This document shows positions 7,228-17,143 of a DNA stretch of 62,850 nucleotides, in pieces. Origin of the DNA: Rickettsiales bacterium (GTDB lineage Bacteria; Pseudomonadota; Alphaproteobacteria; Rickettsiales; JABIRX01); contig JAWUXM010000049.1 in NCBI GenBank assembly GCA_034111325.1, positions 1 through 62,850 of the forward strand, in the 5' to 3' direction. Under the pieces are notes generated by a model. It made no database searches, had not been told where the DNA came from, and saw nothing but the letters and a program-made list of their open reading frames with translations. The position numbers were made by a program, and so were the translations under genes. How positions within the stretch are numbered: position 1 is the first letter of the stretch; every line of letters begins with the position of its first letter.

Positions 7228-9390
7228 ATGAAACGAGTCCTCCTTAGTACCGTCCTAATCCTCAATGTGAGCAATGCCCTAGCTGCCAAAAATGCCCAAG
7301 AGATAAAATTACAAAGAGTTAATATTGTTGAACAAGATGGCGAGAGGACCCTAACCACTGGTTCCGCGCAAGTAATCAGCCAAGAAGAGCTGGAAACATA
7401 TAATTATGGCGATATAAATCGTGTTTTAGCAAAGGTTCCGGGTTTAAACTTAATCGATGAAGAAGGTTATGGAAACCGCCCAAATATTGGAATTCGTGGT
7501 AGTAGATCAGAGAGAAGTGCTGATATTACAATTATGGAGGATGGAATATTAATCGCTCCTGCGCCATATGCCGCTTCGAGCGCATATTACTTCCCAAGCC
7601 TGAAACGCATGCAAGAAGTACAAGTTCGCAAAGGTTCAAGCACGATTAAATATGGTCCACGTACAACTAGTGGCGCAGTGAATTTTGTTACTAAACAAAT
7701 TCCTACTGAGAAAAAAGCTGAAGTAAAAGTCGTTAAGGGAAATTTCGACACGATTGAAAACAATATCGAAGTCGGTAATAGCTATGACCATTGGGGGTTT
7801 TTAGTTAATTATAACCATAATGAAACGGACGGTTTCAAAGAACTTGATGGCGGTGGAGATACTGGCTTTGATATTGATGATTTTATGGCAAAATTACGCT
7901 TTAATACTGATGTTAACGCTGACATCTATCAAGAAGTTGAGTTTAAATTTGCAATTAATGATGAGAACTCAAACGAGACATATCTTGGGCTTACTGACAC
8001 AGATTTTAGAACAAACTCAAATCGTCGTTATTCAGCCTCACAACTTGACAATTTTCGTGGCAAACATAAACAATTACAAGCCACACACTTTATTCAACCA
8101 ACTGCAAATTTTGACGTAACAACCACTATCTACCACAATCAGTTTGAAAGAAATTGGTACAAGTTGGATAAGGTTGACGGGTTGTCACTTAGCGATGCTT
8201 TAGGCAATTCAACGGCTCTTTCATATATAAAAGGTGCAGATAGTGCTGATGATAAATTCGATATCAAAGCCAATAACCGCACTTATGATTCAAAAGGCAT
8301 AAATTCAATTGCCGCATATCAATTTAGCACAGGTGATGCGCAACATGAATTAGAAGTTGGCGCACGTTATCATGAAGATGCGGAGGATCGCTTCCAACAT
8401 GTTGATAAATATAAAATGGAAAATGGCGTATTGGTACAAACTACCGCTGCTGCACCCGGCTCAGCAGATGATAAAGTTGTCAAGGCACAAGCATTTGCAA
8501 CATTCGTGCAAGATAAAATAGAGCTTGGTAAATGGACGTTCCTACCTGGTTTACGCTATGAAAATATTGTTCTGGAAAATAATGACCGTAAAAACTCAGC
8601 CTATTACCATAATTCTGTTGATGTGCTAACACCCGGAATGAGCGTCGCTTACGATTGGAATCAAGGTTTGAGATTATTCGGTGGCGTACATAAAGGCTTT
8701 GCACCTCCTTCACCACCAAGTAACGCAACAAATAACCAAGCAAGTGCTGAAGAAAGCGTAAATTACGAAGCAGGGTTCCGTTATAGTGAAGGTAGCTTCC
8801 TTGCTGAAGCTACTGCATATTTTACTGATTATGATAACCTCCTCGCATCAGATAATTCATCAGGCGGTGGCTCTGGTGATGGTAGTCAAGTAAATGGTGG
8901 CGCAGTTGATGTAAAAGGTATCGAATTTATGACTAAATATGATTTAGCTAGCCGCATTGAATCTCGTTATAAATTACCAGTAAATTTCAGCTATAGCTTT
9001 ACTGATGCTGAGTTTAAGAACAGCTTTATAAAAACTGAAATTTCTGAATGGGGGGATGTGCAAAAAGGCGATAAATTACCTTATATCGCTAAACATCGTT
9101 TCTTTGTCTCAACTGGAATCGCTACTGAAATATGGAAATTAGAACTGTCAGGAAAATGGACGGATCGTATGCGTACGCAGGCTGGCAAAGGGCCAATTCC
9201 TGATGGGCAAGGAACTGACCAATATTTCACACTTGATTTAGGCGGCAACTACGCACTTAATAAACACGCTGATATGTTTTTCTCAGTCACTAATTTAACT
9301 GATGAAGAATATCTCGTCTCGAGAAGACCAAGTGGCGCTAGAGGCGGCGCACCAAGAATGGTCTTTGCGGGTCTGAAACTTAAATTTTAA
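7228..9390 (+). CDS. TonB-dependent outer-membrane receptor (FecA/COG4772-like)
   Basis: 720 aa. Signal peptide, plug region (NRPNIGIRGS..ITIMEDGILIAPAPY..YGPRTTSGAVNFVTK), and a terminal beta-strand ending in Phe (FAGLKLKF). Confidence 0.9.
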   Translation: MKRVLLSTVLILNVSNALAAKNAQEIKLQRVNIVEQDGERTLTTGSAQVISQEELETYNYGDINRVLAKVPGLNLIDEEGYGNRPNIGIRGSRSERSADITIMEDGILIAPAPYAASSAYYFPSLKRMQEVQVRKGSSTIKYGPRTTSGAVNFVTKQIPTEKKAEVKVVKGNFDTIENNIEVGNSYDHWGFLVNYNHNETDGFKELDGGGDTGFDIDDFMAKLRFNTDVNADIYQEVEFKFAINDENSNETYLGLTDTDFRTNSNRRYSASQLDNFRGKHKQLQATHFIQPTANFDVTTTIYHNQFERNWYKLDKVDGLSLSDALGNSTALSYIKGADSADDKFDIKANNRTYDSKGINSIAAYQFSTGDAQHELEVGARYHEDAEDRFQHVDKYKMENGVLVQTTAAAPGSADDKVVKAQAFATFVQDKIELGKWTFLPGLRYENIVLENNDRKNSAYYHNSVDVLTPGMSVAYDWNQGLRLFGGVHKGFAPPSPPSNATNNQASAEESVNYEAGFRYSEGSFLAEATAYFTDYDNLLASDNSSGGGSGDGSQVNGGAVDVKGIEFMTKYDLASRIESRYKLPVNFSYSFTDAEFKNSFIKTEISEWGDVQKGDKLPYIAKHRFFVSTGIATEIWKLELSGKWTDRMRTQAGKGPIPDGQGTDQYFTLDLGGNYALNKHADMFFSVTNLTDEEYLVSRRPSGARGGAPRMVFAGLKLKF

Positions 9391-9483
9391 GATTGCGAAT
9401 ATTGTACCAACCTTCATCTTTAATCATGAGTGATTGTTAAAATATTCCAATCTCCGCTTGCACATAAAAAATTAATCTCTATT

Positions 9484-9502
9484 GATAATGATTATCAATA
9501 TC
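9484..9502. promoter_or_regulatory. Fur box upstream of the cupredoxin-FTR1 operon
   Basis: GATAATGATTATCAATATC matches 17 of 19 consensus positions. TTGCAC lies 26 nt upstream at 9458-9463. Confidence 0.7.
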
Positions 9503-9528
9503 GTAGTTATTTAGCTTTAATAAAAATC

Positions 9529-9687
9529 ATGTCTAAACACTTTACTTTAACGATCAAATCATTTGCAGTTGCAGCTCTATGTGCGAGCAGCTTGGCTTTT
9601 GCCTTTGCAGATAATGCGTACGCAACTAAAAAAGTTTACTCACCATATATTGAACAAGGTGAATTAGAATATGAATTACGCTTCTAA
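9529..9687 (+). CDS. Small signal-peptide ORF (52 aa), possibly the remnant of an outer-membrane protein gene
   Basis: MSKHFTLTIKSFAVAALCASSLAFAFADNAYA, then only 20 more residues (TKKVYSPYIEQGELEYELRF). The longer 9430 start in the ORF track would run through the promoter and Fur box. Coding status is uncertain. Confidence 0.3.
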   Translation: MSKHFTLTIKSFAVAALCASSLAFAFADNAYATKKVYSPYIEQGELEYELRF

Positions 9688-9706
9688 CAACTAAATAATT
9701 AATAAC

Positions 9707-10033
9707 ATGTTAAAAAAACTTATCATCATATCTACCTTAATTAGCGCCTTTGCTAGCAATGCTTTTGCTCTGGAGGAGTATCACTTAGTTATTAAAAACC
9801 ATAAATTTCAGCCAGAAATTTTAGAACTCCCTGCTGGAAAAAAAATTAAAATTATTGTTGATAATCAAGACCCAACACCAGAGGAGTTTGAAAGCCATGA
9901 TTTAAACCGTGAGAAAATCATTCGTGGTAATAGTAAAGGCTCCATATTCCTTAACCCTCTTACAGCTGGTGAATATAAATTCTTTGGCGAGTTTAATGAG
10001 GCAACTGCCAAAGGCAAAATTATTGTAAAGTAA
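9707..10033 (+). CDS. Periplasmic cupredoxin-fold protein (FtrB-like)
   Basis: 108 aa. Signal peptide, then ..DNQDPTPEEFESHDLNREKII..LTAGEYKFFGEF.., as seen in cupredoxin partners of FTR1 permeases. Lies 3 nt upstream of the permease gene. Confidence 0.65.
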   Translation: MLKKLIIISTLISAFASNAFALEEYHLVIKNHKFQPEILELPAGKKIKIIVDNQDPTPEEFESHDLNREKIIRGNSKGSIFLNPLTAGEYKFFGEFNEATAKGKIIVK

Positions 10034-10036
10034 ATT

Positions 10037-10846
10037 ATGTTTTCTGCTGCATTAGTAATTTTTAGAGAAGTCTTTGAGATAGTCCTGATTATTGGCGTTG
10101 TCCTTGCTGCAACCCGAGATATGAAAGCACGTAAAAGATCAATTGCAGGCGGTATTGCCCTTGGTATTTTTGGCTCCATAATTATCGCATTCTGTACCGG
10201 TTTTATTGCTAATTTAGCACATGGAGCTGGGCAAGAAGTAATGAATGCTTCTATTCTCTTCATAGCCGCAGGGTTCATCGGTTGGACAGTGCTTTGGATG
10301 CAAAAACATGCCAAAACCATGAAAGCTAAATTCACCAAGGTTGGCTTTGATATTAGCGAAGGCAACACCCCATTTTACGTACTTTCCTTTATTATCGCCA
10401 TGACCATTTTGCGTGAAGGTACAGAAATAATATTATTTACCTATGGTATGCTTGCCTCTGGGCAAGATATCGCATCGATCCTTTCTGGTGCCGCGATTGG
10501 CGGCTCGGCTGGTTTGTTAGTTGGCGTGTTGCTTTATGCAGGTTTGGTAAAAATCCCACTAAAACATTTCTTCCGCATTACAAGCTGGATGTTGATTTTA
10601 TTGGTTGCAGGTATGAGCTCACAAGCGGTTGGCTTCTTGATCTCAGCAGGAATAGTGCCAGTTTCACTATCTCAAACCGTCTGGGATAGTTCATTTTTAA
10701 TTAGCAATGCAAGCCTTAGCGGCAAAGCCCTTGAAGCGTTGCTTGGCTACACTTCAAAACCCGCTATTGCGCAAATCATTGCCTATATTGCAATTATCGC
10801 ATCTTTCGCATTTACACTGCGCAAAATCTCAATACCGAAAAAATAG
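10037..10846 (+). CDS. FTR1/EfeU-family high-affinity iron permease
   Basis: 269 aa, polytopic. Two REXXE motifs (REVFE near the N-terminus, REGTE mid-protein), diagnostic of the FTR1 family. Confidence 0.85.
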   Translation: MFSAALVIFREVFEIVLIIGVVLAATRDMKARKRSIAGGIALGIFGSIIIAFCTGFIANLAHGAGQEVMNASILFIAAGFIGWTVLWMQKHAKTMKAKFTKVGFDISEGNTPFYVLSFIIAMTILREGTEIILFTYGMLASGQDIASILSGAAIGGSAGLLVGVLLYAGLVKIPLKHFFRITSWMLILLVAGMSSQAVGFLISAGIVPVSLSQTVWDSSFLISNASLSGKALEALLGYTSKPAIAQIIAYIAIIASFAFTLRKISIPKK

Positions 10847-10939
10847 AGAAGAATAGAGTTTCTCCCTTTCTTTTTTTGACTAACGGAAAAACCACTCTAT
10901 AGTCCGTGTTTTACACAATAAATATATTATTTACACGCA

Positions 10940-13228
10940 ATGCCAGATAATAAAACCAAAATACATTTAAAAGCCATAACCGATAAAGACGCATTGCTTT
11001 TTCACTCAGAAGGCACACCCGGGAAAATCAAACTTTCACCAACCAAACCATTAACCACACAAAGAGACCTTTCTCTTGCCTATTCTCCCGGAGTTGCTGC
11101 ACCTTGTTTAGAAATCAGCAAAAACCCTGACACTGCTTATGACTATACCGCTAAAGGTAATTTCGTCGCAGTTATCTCTAATGGAACTGCAGTTCTTGGC
11201 CTTGGTAATCTTGGCGCACTTGCTTCAAAACCAGTTATGGAAGGAAAAGCTGTGTTATTCAAAAGATTTGCCGATATTGATGCAATCGATATCGAAGTGG
11301 ACACTGAAGATGCTGATAAATTCATTAATGCTGTACGCTATTTAGGACCTTCTTGGGGCGGAATAAACCTTGAAGATATTAAAGCACCAGAATGTTTCAT
11401 CATTGAGAAAAAACTTAAAGAAATCATGGATATACCAGTTTTCCATGATGACCAACACGGAACAGCCGTAATAACTGCCGCTGCTTTAATTAATGCGGCT
11501 CACTTAACTAACCGCAAATTAGCAGATCTAAAACTTGTTGTAAATGGCGCTGGTTCCGCAGGAATTGCCTGTTTAGAGCTTATAAAATCTATGGGTGTTA
11601 AGGATGAAAATTGCCTGTTATGTGACACACGCGGAGTTATCTATAAAGGCCGCAATGACGGAATGAATGAATGGAAGGAGAAGCACGCTGTTAAGACTGA
11701 CAAACGCACATTAGCAGAAGCAGTGGATGGAGCTGATGTATTTTTAGGGCTGTCGGTAAAAGGCGCTCTAACAGCAACCATGCTCAAAAAAATGAATAAG
11801 AACCCAATCATTTTTGCTATGGCAAACCCTGACCCTGAAATCACTCCTGAAGAAGCACGCAAGGTACGTGCCGATGCAATTATTGCAACTGGTCGTTCGG
11901 ACTACCAAAATCAAGTCAATAATGTAATGGGTTTCCCTTACATTTTCCGTGGAGCTCTGGATGTTCGCGCAACGACAATTAATGAGGAAATGAAAATCGC
12001 TGCTGCCAATGCTTTGGCGGAGTTAGCACGTGAACCAGTTCCTGATGAAGTTGCCTCTGCATATTCTGGCCGCACCATGAAATATGGCCCAGATTATATC
12101 ATTCCTGTGCCATTTGACCCACGTTTGATCTCAACAATCCCTGTTGCAGTAGCCAAAGCCGCAATTGCAACTGGCGTTGCTAAAAAGAAAATTACTGATT
12201 GGGAAGAATATAAAATGCGCCTAGCTGGCAGGTTGAACCCTACAGCGAATAGCTTAAACTTAATATTCGGAAAGATTCGCAATCAGCCAACAAGAGTCAT
12301 TTTTGCTGAAGGTGAACATCGCCAAGTTCTGAAAGCCGCTCAAATATGGGAAAGCTCTTCTTACGGCACCGCAACTTTAGTTATAAGAGCAGATCGCCAC
12401 GATGAATTAAACAGCAATGTTAAAGATTTAAATATTGCACAAAAAGATCTCAATATTGCTAATATTTCTGATAGCAAAAAAACTGACAAATATGCTGACG
12501 TACTCTACAAAAAACTTCAAAGAAAAGGCTATTTGTATCGTGATTGCCAGAGAATGGTTCGTGATGATCGCAACATTTTTGCAGCTTGCGCTGTTGAGGC
12601 TGGCGATGCTGACTTAATGATTACTGGTTTAACCAGAGGCTATAAAACTTCGCTTGATGATGTATTAAAAGTTATCAGCAAGAAAGAGCGCTTATTTGGC
12701 TACTCAACAATAATCGCTAAGGAGCGCACAGTTTTCATGGCAGATACTGCCCTAACTGAACTTTCCTCTTCTGAAGAATTGGCGGAAATTGCAACGCAAT
12801 TGGCAGCGATTGTTAAAAACATGGGTCATAAGCCACGTGTTGCATTACTTTCCTTCTCTAATTTTGGCAATCAATTACGCACTGAGTCAATTCGCATAAG
12901 AGAAGCTAAGGAAATTCTTGATGCACAGAAGGTTGATTTTGAATATGATGGTGAGATCGCAGCTGACGTTGCGCTAAACCCTGAATTGCTAAGCCTGTAT
13001 CCATTTACCAAACTAACTGGCCCTGCGAACATCCTAATTATGCCTGGGCTACACTCAGCGAGCATTTCGTCAAAATTAATTCAAGAATTAGGTGGAGCAC
13101 AAGTGATTGGGCCAATCTTGACTGGTTTAGAGAAATCAGTACAAATTGTTGAAATGGGTTCAAGTGCTAATGATATAATAAATATTGCGGCTATAGCTGC
13201 AGCAGATGTTATAGATAAGAAAAATTAA
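10940..13228 (+). CDS. maeB: NADP-dependent malic enzyme with C-terminal phosphotransacetylase-like domain
   Basis: 762 aa. Malic enzyme N-terminal and NAD-binding regions ([22 protein letters not shown]) plus a PTA-like C-terminal half, which is the MaeB architecture. Confidence 0.95.
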   Translation: MPDNKTKIHLKAITDKDALLFHSEGTPGKIKLSPTKPLTTQRDLSLAYSPGVAAPCLEISKNPDTAYDYTAKGNFVAVISNGTAVLGLGNLGALASKPVMEGKAVLFKRFADIDAIDIEVDTEDADKFINAVRYLGPSWGGINLEDIKAPECFIIEKKLKEIMDIPVFHDDQHGTAVITAAALINAAHLTNRKLADLKLVVNGAGSAGIACLELIKSMGVKDENCLLCDTRGVIYKGRNDGMNEWKEKHAVKTDKRTLAEAVDGADVFLGLSVKGALTATMLKKMNKNPIIFAMANPDPEITPEEARKVRADAIIATGRSDYQNQVNNVMGFPYIFRGALDVRATTINEEMKIAAANALAELAREPVPDEVASAYSGRTMKYGPDYIIPVPFDPRLISTIPVAVAKAAIATGVAKKKITDWEEYKMRLAGRLNPTANSLNLIFGKIRNQPTRVIFAEGEHRQVLKAAQIWESSSYGTATLVIRADRHDELNSNVKDLNIAQKDLNIANISDSKKTDKYADVLYKKLQRKGYLYRDCQRMVRDDRNIFAACAVEAGDADLMITGLTRGYKTSLDDVLKVISKKERLFGYSTIIAKERTVFMADTALTELSSSEELAEIATQLAAIVKNMGHKPRVALLSFSNFGNQLRTESIRIREAKEILDAQKVDFEYDGEIAADVALNPELLSLYPFTKLTGPANILIMPGLHSASISSKLIQELGGAQVIGPILTGLEKSVQIVEMGSSANDIINIAAIAAADVIDKKN

Positions 13229-13252
13229 TCTTTTTGGGCTCATGTTGACAGC

Positions 13253-13295
13253 GTCATTGCCTGAATTTCAAAGAAATTCTAAGGCAATCCAGGGG
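13253..13295 (-). repeat. Hairpin repeat family A, copy A2 (inverted orientation)
   Basis: The reverse complement reads CCCCTGGAT-TGCCT-TA-GAATTTC-ttt-GAAATTC-AGGCA-ATGAC. Confidence 0.7.
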
Positions 13296-13320
13296 CAGAA
13301 GGCAAGTTAATTATTTGAGG

Positions 13321-13366
13321 CTCCTAGATTACCTTAGAATTCCCAAGTAGGAATTCAGGTAATGAC
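13321..13366 (+). repeat. Hairpin repeat family A, copy A3
   Basis: CTCCTAGAT-TACCT-TA-GAATTCC-caagta-GGAATTC-AGGTA-ATGAC. Confidence 0.75.
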
Positions 13367-13406
13367 ACAAAGAAGAAGTAATTAATAATCTTTTGAAGGT
13401 AATGTT

Positions 13407-13883
13407 ATGACAGCAAACAAGCAAAAGTTGTTAGTCTGCGTCAGCAATAATCAACATTCTATAATTGCCATAAAATTCGCTTGCCAAAAAGCCAAAAAAT
13501 CAGATTTTATTATAGAACTCGTTACCGTCATAGATACTAGCAGCAAAGGTCCTGAAGGCATATTCTCTGTAAGTGGCATCTTCCAAAAAGAAAAACGTCA
13601 AGAAGCTGAAGATTTACTCAACAAATACGGCAAGAAGGTCAAGGATTGGTCTGACAAAACGCCAATCTTATCGGTGCGTGAAGGTTATGTTGCAGAGGAG
13701 ATTAAAACGGCAATTGAGGAAGATAAAACCATTAGCATGATAATCCTCGGAGCATCACCAGAATCTACCAGTAAAGGCAAGTTAATCCCCTATTTAGCTG
13801 AACAATTAAGCAGTAAATTATTCATACCATTGATGATTGTCCCAGATAATCTCACTGATGCACAAATTGAGAAATTAGCATGA
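13407..13883 (+). CDS. Universal stress protein (UspA) family
   Basis: 158 aa. Usp-like pattern (LLVCVSNNQHS..., ...MIILGAS..., LMIVP). ATGA overlap with crcB. Confidence 0.7.
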   Translation: MTANKQKLLVCVSNNQHSIIAIKFACQKAKKSDFIIELVTVIDTSSKGPEGIFSVSGIFQKEKRQEAEDLLNKYGKKVKDWSDKTPILSVREGYVAEEIKTAIEEDKTISMIILGASPESTSKGKLIPYLAEQLSSKLFIPLMIVPDNLTDAQIEKLA

Positions 13884-14254
13884 TCTCTGCAATTTATGTA
13901 ATGTTAGGCGGTGCATTTGGCGCTCTAGGGCGCTTTGTAATTACTACCAAAATCCCCTATCTTTTCCACAAGCCTTTTCCATATAGCATATTTCTTGTAA
14001 ATATTCTTGGCTGTTTTTTCATGGGTATAATAGCTGGGTTAATCCATAAACATGTAACCATTGATAATAATTTACGGCTTTTTATAGCTACTGGATTTCT
14101 TGGCGGGTTTACGACCTTCTCGGCTTTTGCTAATGATGCAGTAAAATATATCATGACTGGTGAATATCTTGCTGCCATAATCTATATGTCCGCCTCAGTC
14201 ATAATATCACTTCTCTTTCTAATCGCCGGTATGGCATTAACTAACATAATTTAA
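13880..14254 (+). CDS. crcB: Fluoride ion channel CrcB/FluC
   Basis: 124 aa, four TM segments. GGAFGALGRF and GFLGGFTTFSAF motifs. Confidence 0.9.
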   Translation: MISAIYVMLGGAFGALGRFVITTKIPYLFHKPFPYSIFLVNILGCFFMGIIAGLIHKHVTIDNNLRLFIATGFLGGFTTFSAFANDAVKYIMTGEYLAAIIYMSASVIISLLFLIAGMALTNII

Positions 14255-14994
14255 TGACCCTCAGCATCTCAGCCAAAATCAAAAAAGGCTATATCCGTAA
14301 TTTACGCGAAAACATCCTCTATGAAGATAAAAACATCTTAATTATCAATAAGCCAATTGGGCTTGCCGTACAAGGCGGAAGCAAGGTTAACATCTCTGTT
14401 GATAGTCTATTGCCAAGCCTTACCCCTGATGGTGATGAGCTACGCTTAGTTCATCGCATAGATAAAGATACAAGTGGGATTCTACTCCTCGCACGCCATA
14501 AATTAGCGGCAACGAAACTAACAAAAATGTTTGAGAAGAAGAAAATCCATAAAACTTACTTAGCGCTAGCTGTTGGCAAACCCAAACAAAAATCAGGAAC
14601 GATATCTCTACCGCTACAAAAGCTGCGCACTAAGCAAAATCAAGAAAAGATGCAAATTGCTCATAGTTCAAAAAACGCAATGGAGGCTATCACAAATTAT
14701 GAAATGGCCGATTATTGCGGCAAGAATGTTTCCCTCATGCTGCTTGAGCCTGTTACTGGCCGCAAACATCAATTACGCGCACATTTAACCGCTGTTGACC
14801 TACCTATTCTCGGTGACGGCAAATATGGCGGGCGTGGTGCGTTTATTGATGGGTTAGCTAACAAGCTTCATTTACATGCGTGGAAAATCCAAATCGATAA
14901 TTTTTTTGGCGTAAAAATCAATATCAAAGCCCCTCTTCCTGACCATATGAAACAAAGCTTTGATATTTTAGGTTTTAATGAAAAACTGATATAA
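14254..14994 (+). CDS. RluA-family pseudouridine synthase
   Basis: 246 aa. Catalytic motif HRIDKDTSGILLLAR. TAATG overlap with crcB. Confidence 0.85.
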   Translation: MTLSISAKIKKGYIRNLRENILYEDKNILIINKPIGLAVQGGSKVNISVDSLLPSLTPDGDELRLVHRIDKDTSGILLLARHKLAATKLTKMFEKKKIHKTYLALAVGKPKQKSGTISLPLQKLRTKQNQEKMQIAHSSKNAMEAITNYEMADYCGKNVSLMLLEPVTGRKHQLRAHLTAVDLPILGDGKYGGRGAFIDGLANKLHLHAWKIQIDNFFGVKINIKAPLPDHMKQSFDILGFNEKLI

Positions 14995-15019
14995 GGAGTG
15001 TCGCAAATAAATCTTTTTA

Positions 15020-15060
15020 CTCCTGGATCGCCTTAGAACCTTGCAGGTTCAGGCGATAAC
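15020..15060 (+). repeat. Hairpin repeat family A, copy A4
   Basis: CTCCTGGAT-CGCCT-TA-GAACC-ttgca-GGTTC-AGGCG-ATAAC. Preceded by TAAATCTTTTTA. Confidence 0.7.
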
Positions 15061-15159
15061 AAATTCTAACAACGTAATAAATTTTCAAACCACTGAGTGA
15101 AAACACGAGCCTAAATAAGCAAAGGCTATACGTTAAAAGAATGTAAAAAGACCAGATTT

Positions 15160-17052
15160 TTAGGCGGCTAGTTCAAGGAGATGATTAATCCGTTTTGCCA
15201 AAGCATTAGGATTTTTGATCGCCTCGCCTTCGATAATGCAAGCTTGGTCATAAAGAGTTTGGATGTTTTCTTTAATCAACGCATCTTTTGCATTTTCCTT
15301 ATATTTAGCCGCTAGGCTTTTGATGATCTTATGTTTTGGATTGAGCTCTAAAATCTTCTTCGTAGCAGTTTTAACTTGCCCTTGATCAATCAACATTCTT
15401 TCCATGCGAATATCCATCGCACCGCTAGGAACAGCCAAGCAAACTGGGCTAGTTGTTAATTTATTAGTCACACGCACATCAGAAATATTGTCTTTTAACG
15501 CTTCTTTCATAAAGTTAATTAACTCCTCAAGATCAGGACTAGTTTTTTCTTTTTTCTTATCTTTTTTATCCTTCTCATCTTTATTATCAGAATCTTCAAT
15601 CTCCTCTTCAGAATCAATTTTCGTAACTGATTGGAAAGATTTTTCTTTAAAGTTTGGCGCTGTAGTTAACCAGAAATCATCCACTGAATCCGTTAGAAGC
15701 AATACTTCAACATCCTTTGCATTGAATGATTCGAGCTGTGGACTTTCACGCAAAGTGTTTAAATCAGAACCGATTAGGTAATAAATATTCTTCTGCTCAG
15801 CTTTCATATTCTCTACATATTGCGCTAAACTTACATATTTATCGCCAGATTTGCTGGTTTTGAACAAACAAAGATCAAGAATGTTTTCCTTGTCGCTATG
15901 TTCACATAGGCCTTCTTTTAAAACTGCGCCGAAATTATTCCAGAATTTTTCATATTCGGCTGGTTCTTTCTCAGCTTTCTTCTTCAATTCCCCGAGGATT
16001 CTCTTCAATAATGATTTCCTGATTTTATCAATGACCAAATTATTCTGTAAAGTCTCGCGGCTAATATTTAACGGTAGATCTTGTGAATCCACCAAACCAC
16101 GCATAAAACGCAAATGAGCTGGAATTAAATTTACATTATCTTCAGTAATAAAGATCTTCTTCACATAGAGCTTAATGCTACATTTACGATCAGGGTGAAA
16201 TAGGTCAAAAGGCTTGCTTGATGGAATGAATAATAAATTAGTATATTCGATTACTCCTTCGGATTTATTATGAAAAACTGCCCAAGGTTTATCAGCGCTA
16301 TGCGCTACAGTTTTGTAAAACACATCATATTCTTCAGGCTTAATCTCTGATTTTGGTCTTGCCCAAAGTGCAGTTGAAGAATTCACCACTTCTGCGACAT
16401 TTTCTTCATCAGTTGTTAATTCAATCAGGAAAGTAATATGGTCTGAATAAGTCTTAACTATATGTTTTATCTGAAATTTATCTAAATAAAGAGATGATTC
16501 ACTTTTTAAATGTAAGGTAATTTCTGTGCCACGAACTGATTCCGCTGGAAGTTCTTCGATTGTGAATTCACCTCTACCATTTGATTCCCAACTATGGCAA
16601 GCCTTCTGTCCAGCCTGGTTAGATTTTACCGTGACTTTATCAGCAATCATAAACGATGAATAAAAACCAACACCAAACTGACCAATTAATGCAACATCTT
16701 TTTTATTATCGCCTGTTAAATTCTCAGCGAATTTCTGCGTACCAGATTTTGCAATTGTGCCGAGATTATCGACTAAATCACGCTTGTTCATCCCAACGCC
16801 ATTGTCACTAATCGTTAATGTGTTGGCTTTTTTATCAATATGAATTTTAATTTTTAGATCCTCACCTGCATCAAAAAGTGAATTGTCTGTCAGTGCTAAA
16901 TAACGTAATTTATCACATGCATCACTAGCATTTGAAAGAAGTTCTCTTAAGAAAATATCCTTGTGAGTATATAAGGAATTAATCATTAGATCTAAAACCT
17001 TGCCTATTTCAGCATCAAATTTTTTTGTTTCTTTTGCCATTGTTTTTGCCAT
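15160..17052 (-). CDS. htpG: Molecular chaperone HtpG (Hsp90)
   Basis: 630 aa. FDAEIGKVLDLMINSLYTHKDIFLRELLSNASDA is the Hsp90 N-terminal ATPase signature. An alternative start lies at 17040. Confidence 0.95.
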   Translation of the reverse strand: MAKTMAKETKKFDAEIGKVLDLMINSLYTHKDIFLRELLSNASDACDKLRYLALTDNSLFDAGEDLKIKIHIDKKANTLTISDNGVGMNKRDLVDNLGTIAKSGTQKFAENLTGDNKKDVALIGQFGVGFYSSFMIADKVTVKSNQAGQKACHSWESNGRGEFTIEELPAESVRGTEITLHLKSESSLYLDKFQIKHIVKTYSDHITFLIELTTDEENVAEVVNSSTALWARPKSEIKPEEYDVFYKTVAHSADKPWAVFHNKSEGVIEYTNLLFIPSSKPFDLFHPDRKCSIKLYVKKIFITEDNVNLIPAHLRFMRGLVDSQDLPLNISRETLQNNLVIDKIRKSLLKRILGELKKKAEKEPAEYEKFWNNFGAVLKEGLCEHSDKENILDLCLFKTSKSGDKYVSLAQYVENMKAEQKNIYYLIGSDLNTLRESPQLESFNAKDVEVLLLTDSVDDFWLTTAPNFKEKSFQSVTKIDSEEEIEDSDNKDEKDKKDKKKEKTSPDLEELINFMKEALKDNISDVRVTNKLTTSPVCLAVPSGAMDIRMERMLIDQGQVKTATKKILELNPKHKIIKSLAAKYKENAKDALIKENIQTLYDQACIIEGEAIKNPNALAKRINHLLELAA

Positions 17053-17143
17053 TGTTTTATTTTTTATAAATTACTATGATGGGCAACATATAGTTACACA
17101 TTACCCTTTTGCAAGGGATTTAGTCACAAAATCACAAAGGGGC

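Noticed and set aside
13229-13406. Searched for a fluoride riboswitch upstream of the usp-crcB operon.
   Set aside because: No match to the conserved crcB-motif elements as I recall them. The region is fully accounted for by two family A hairpin repeats and the 13-mer motif.
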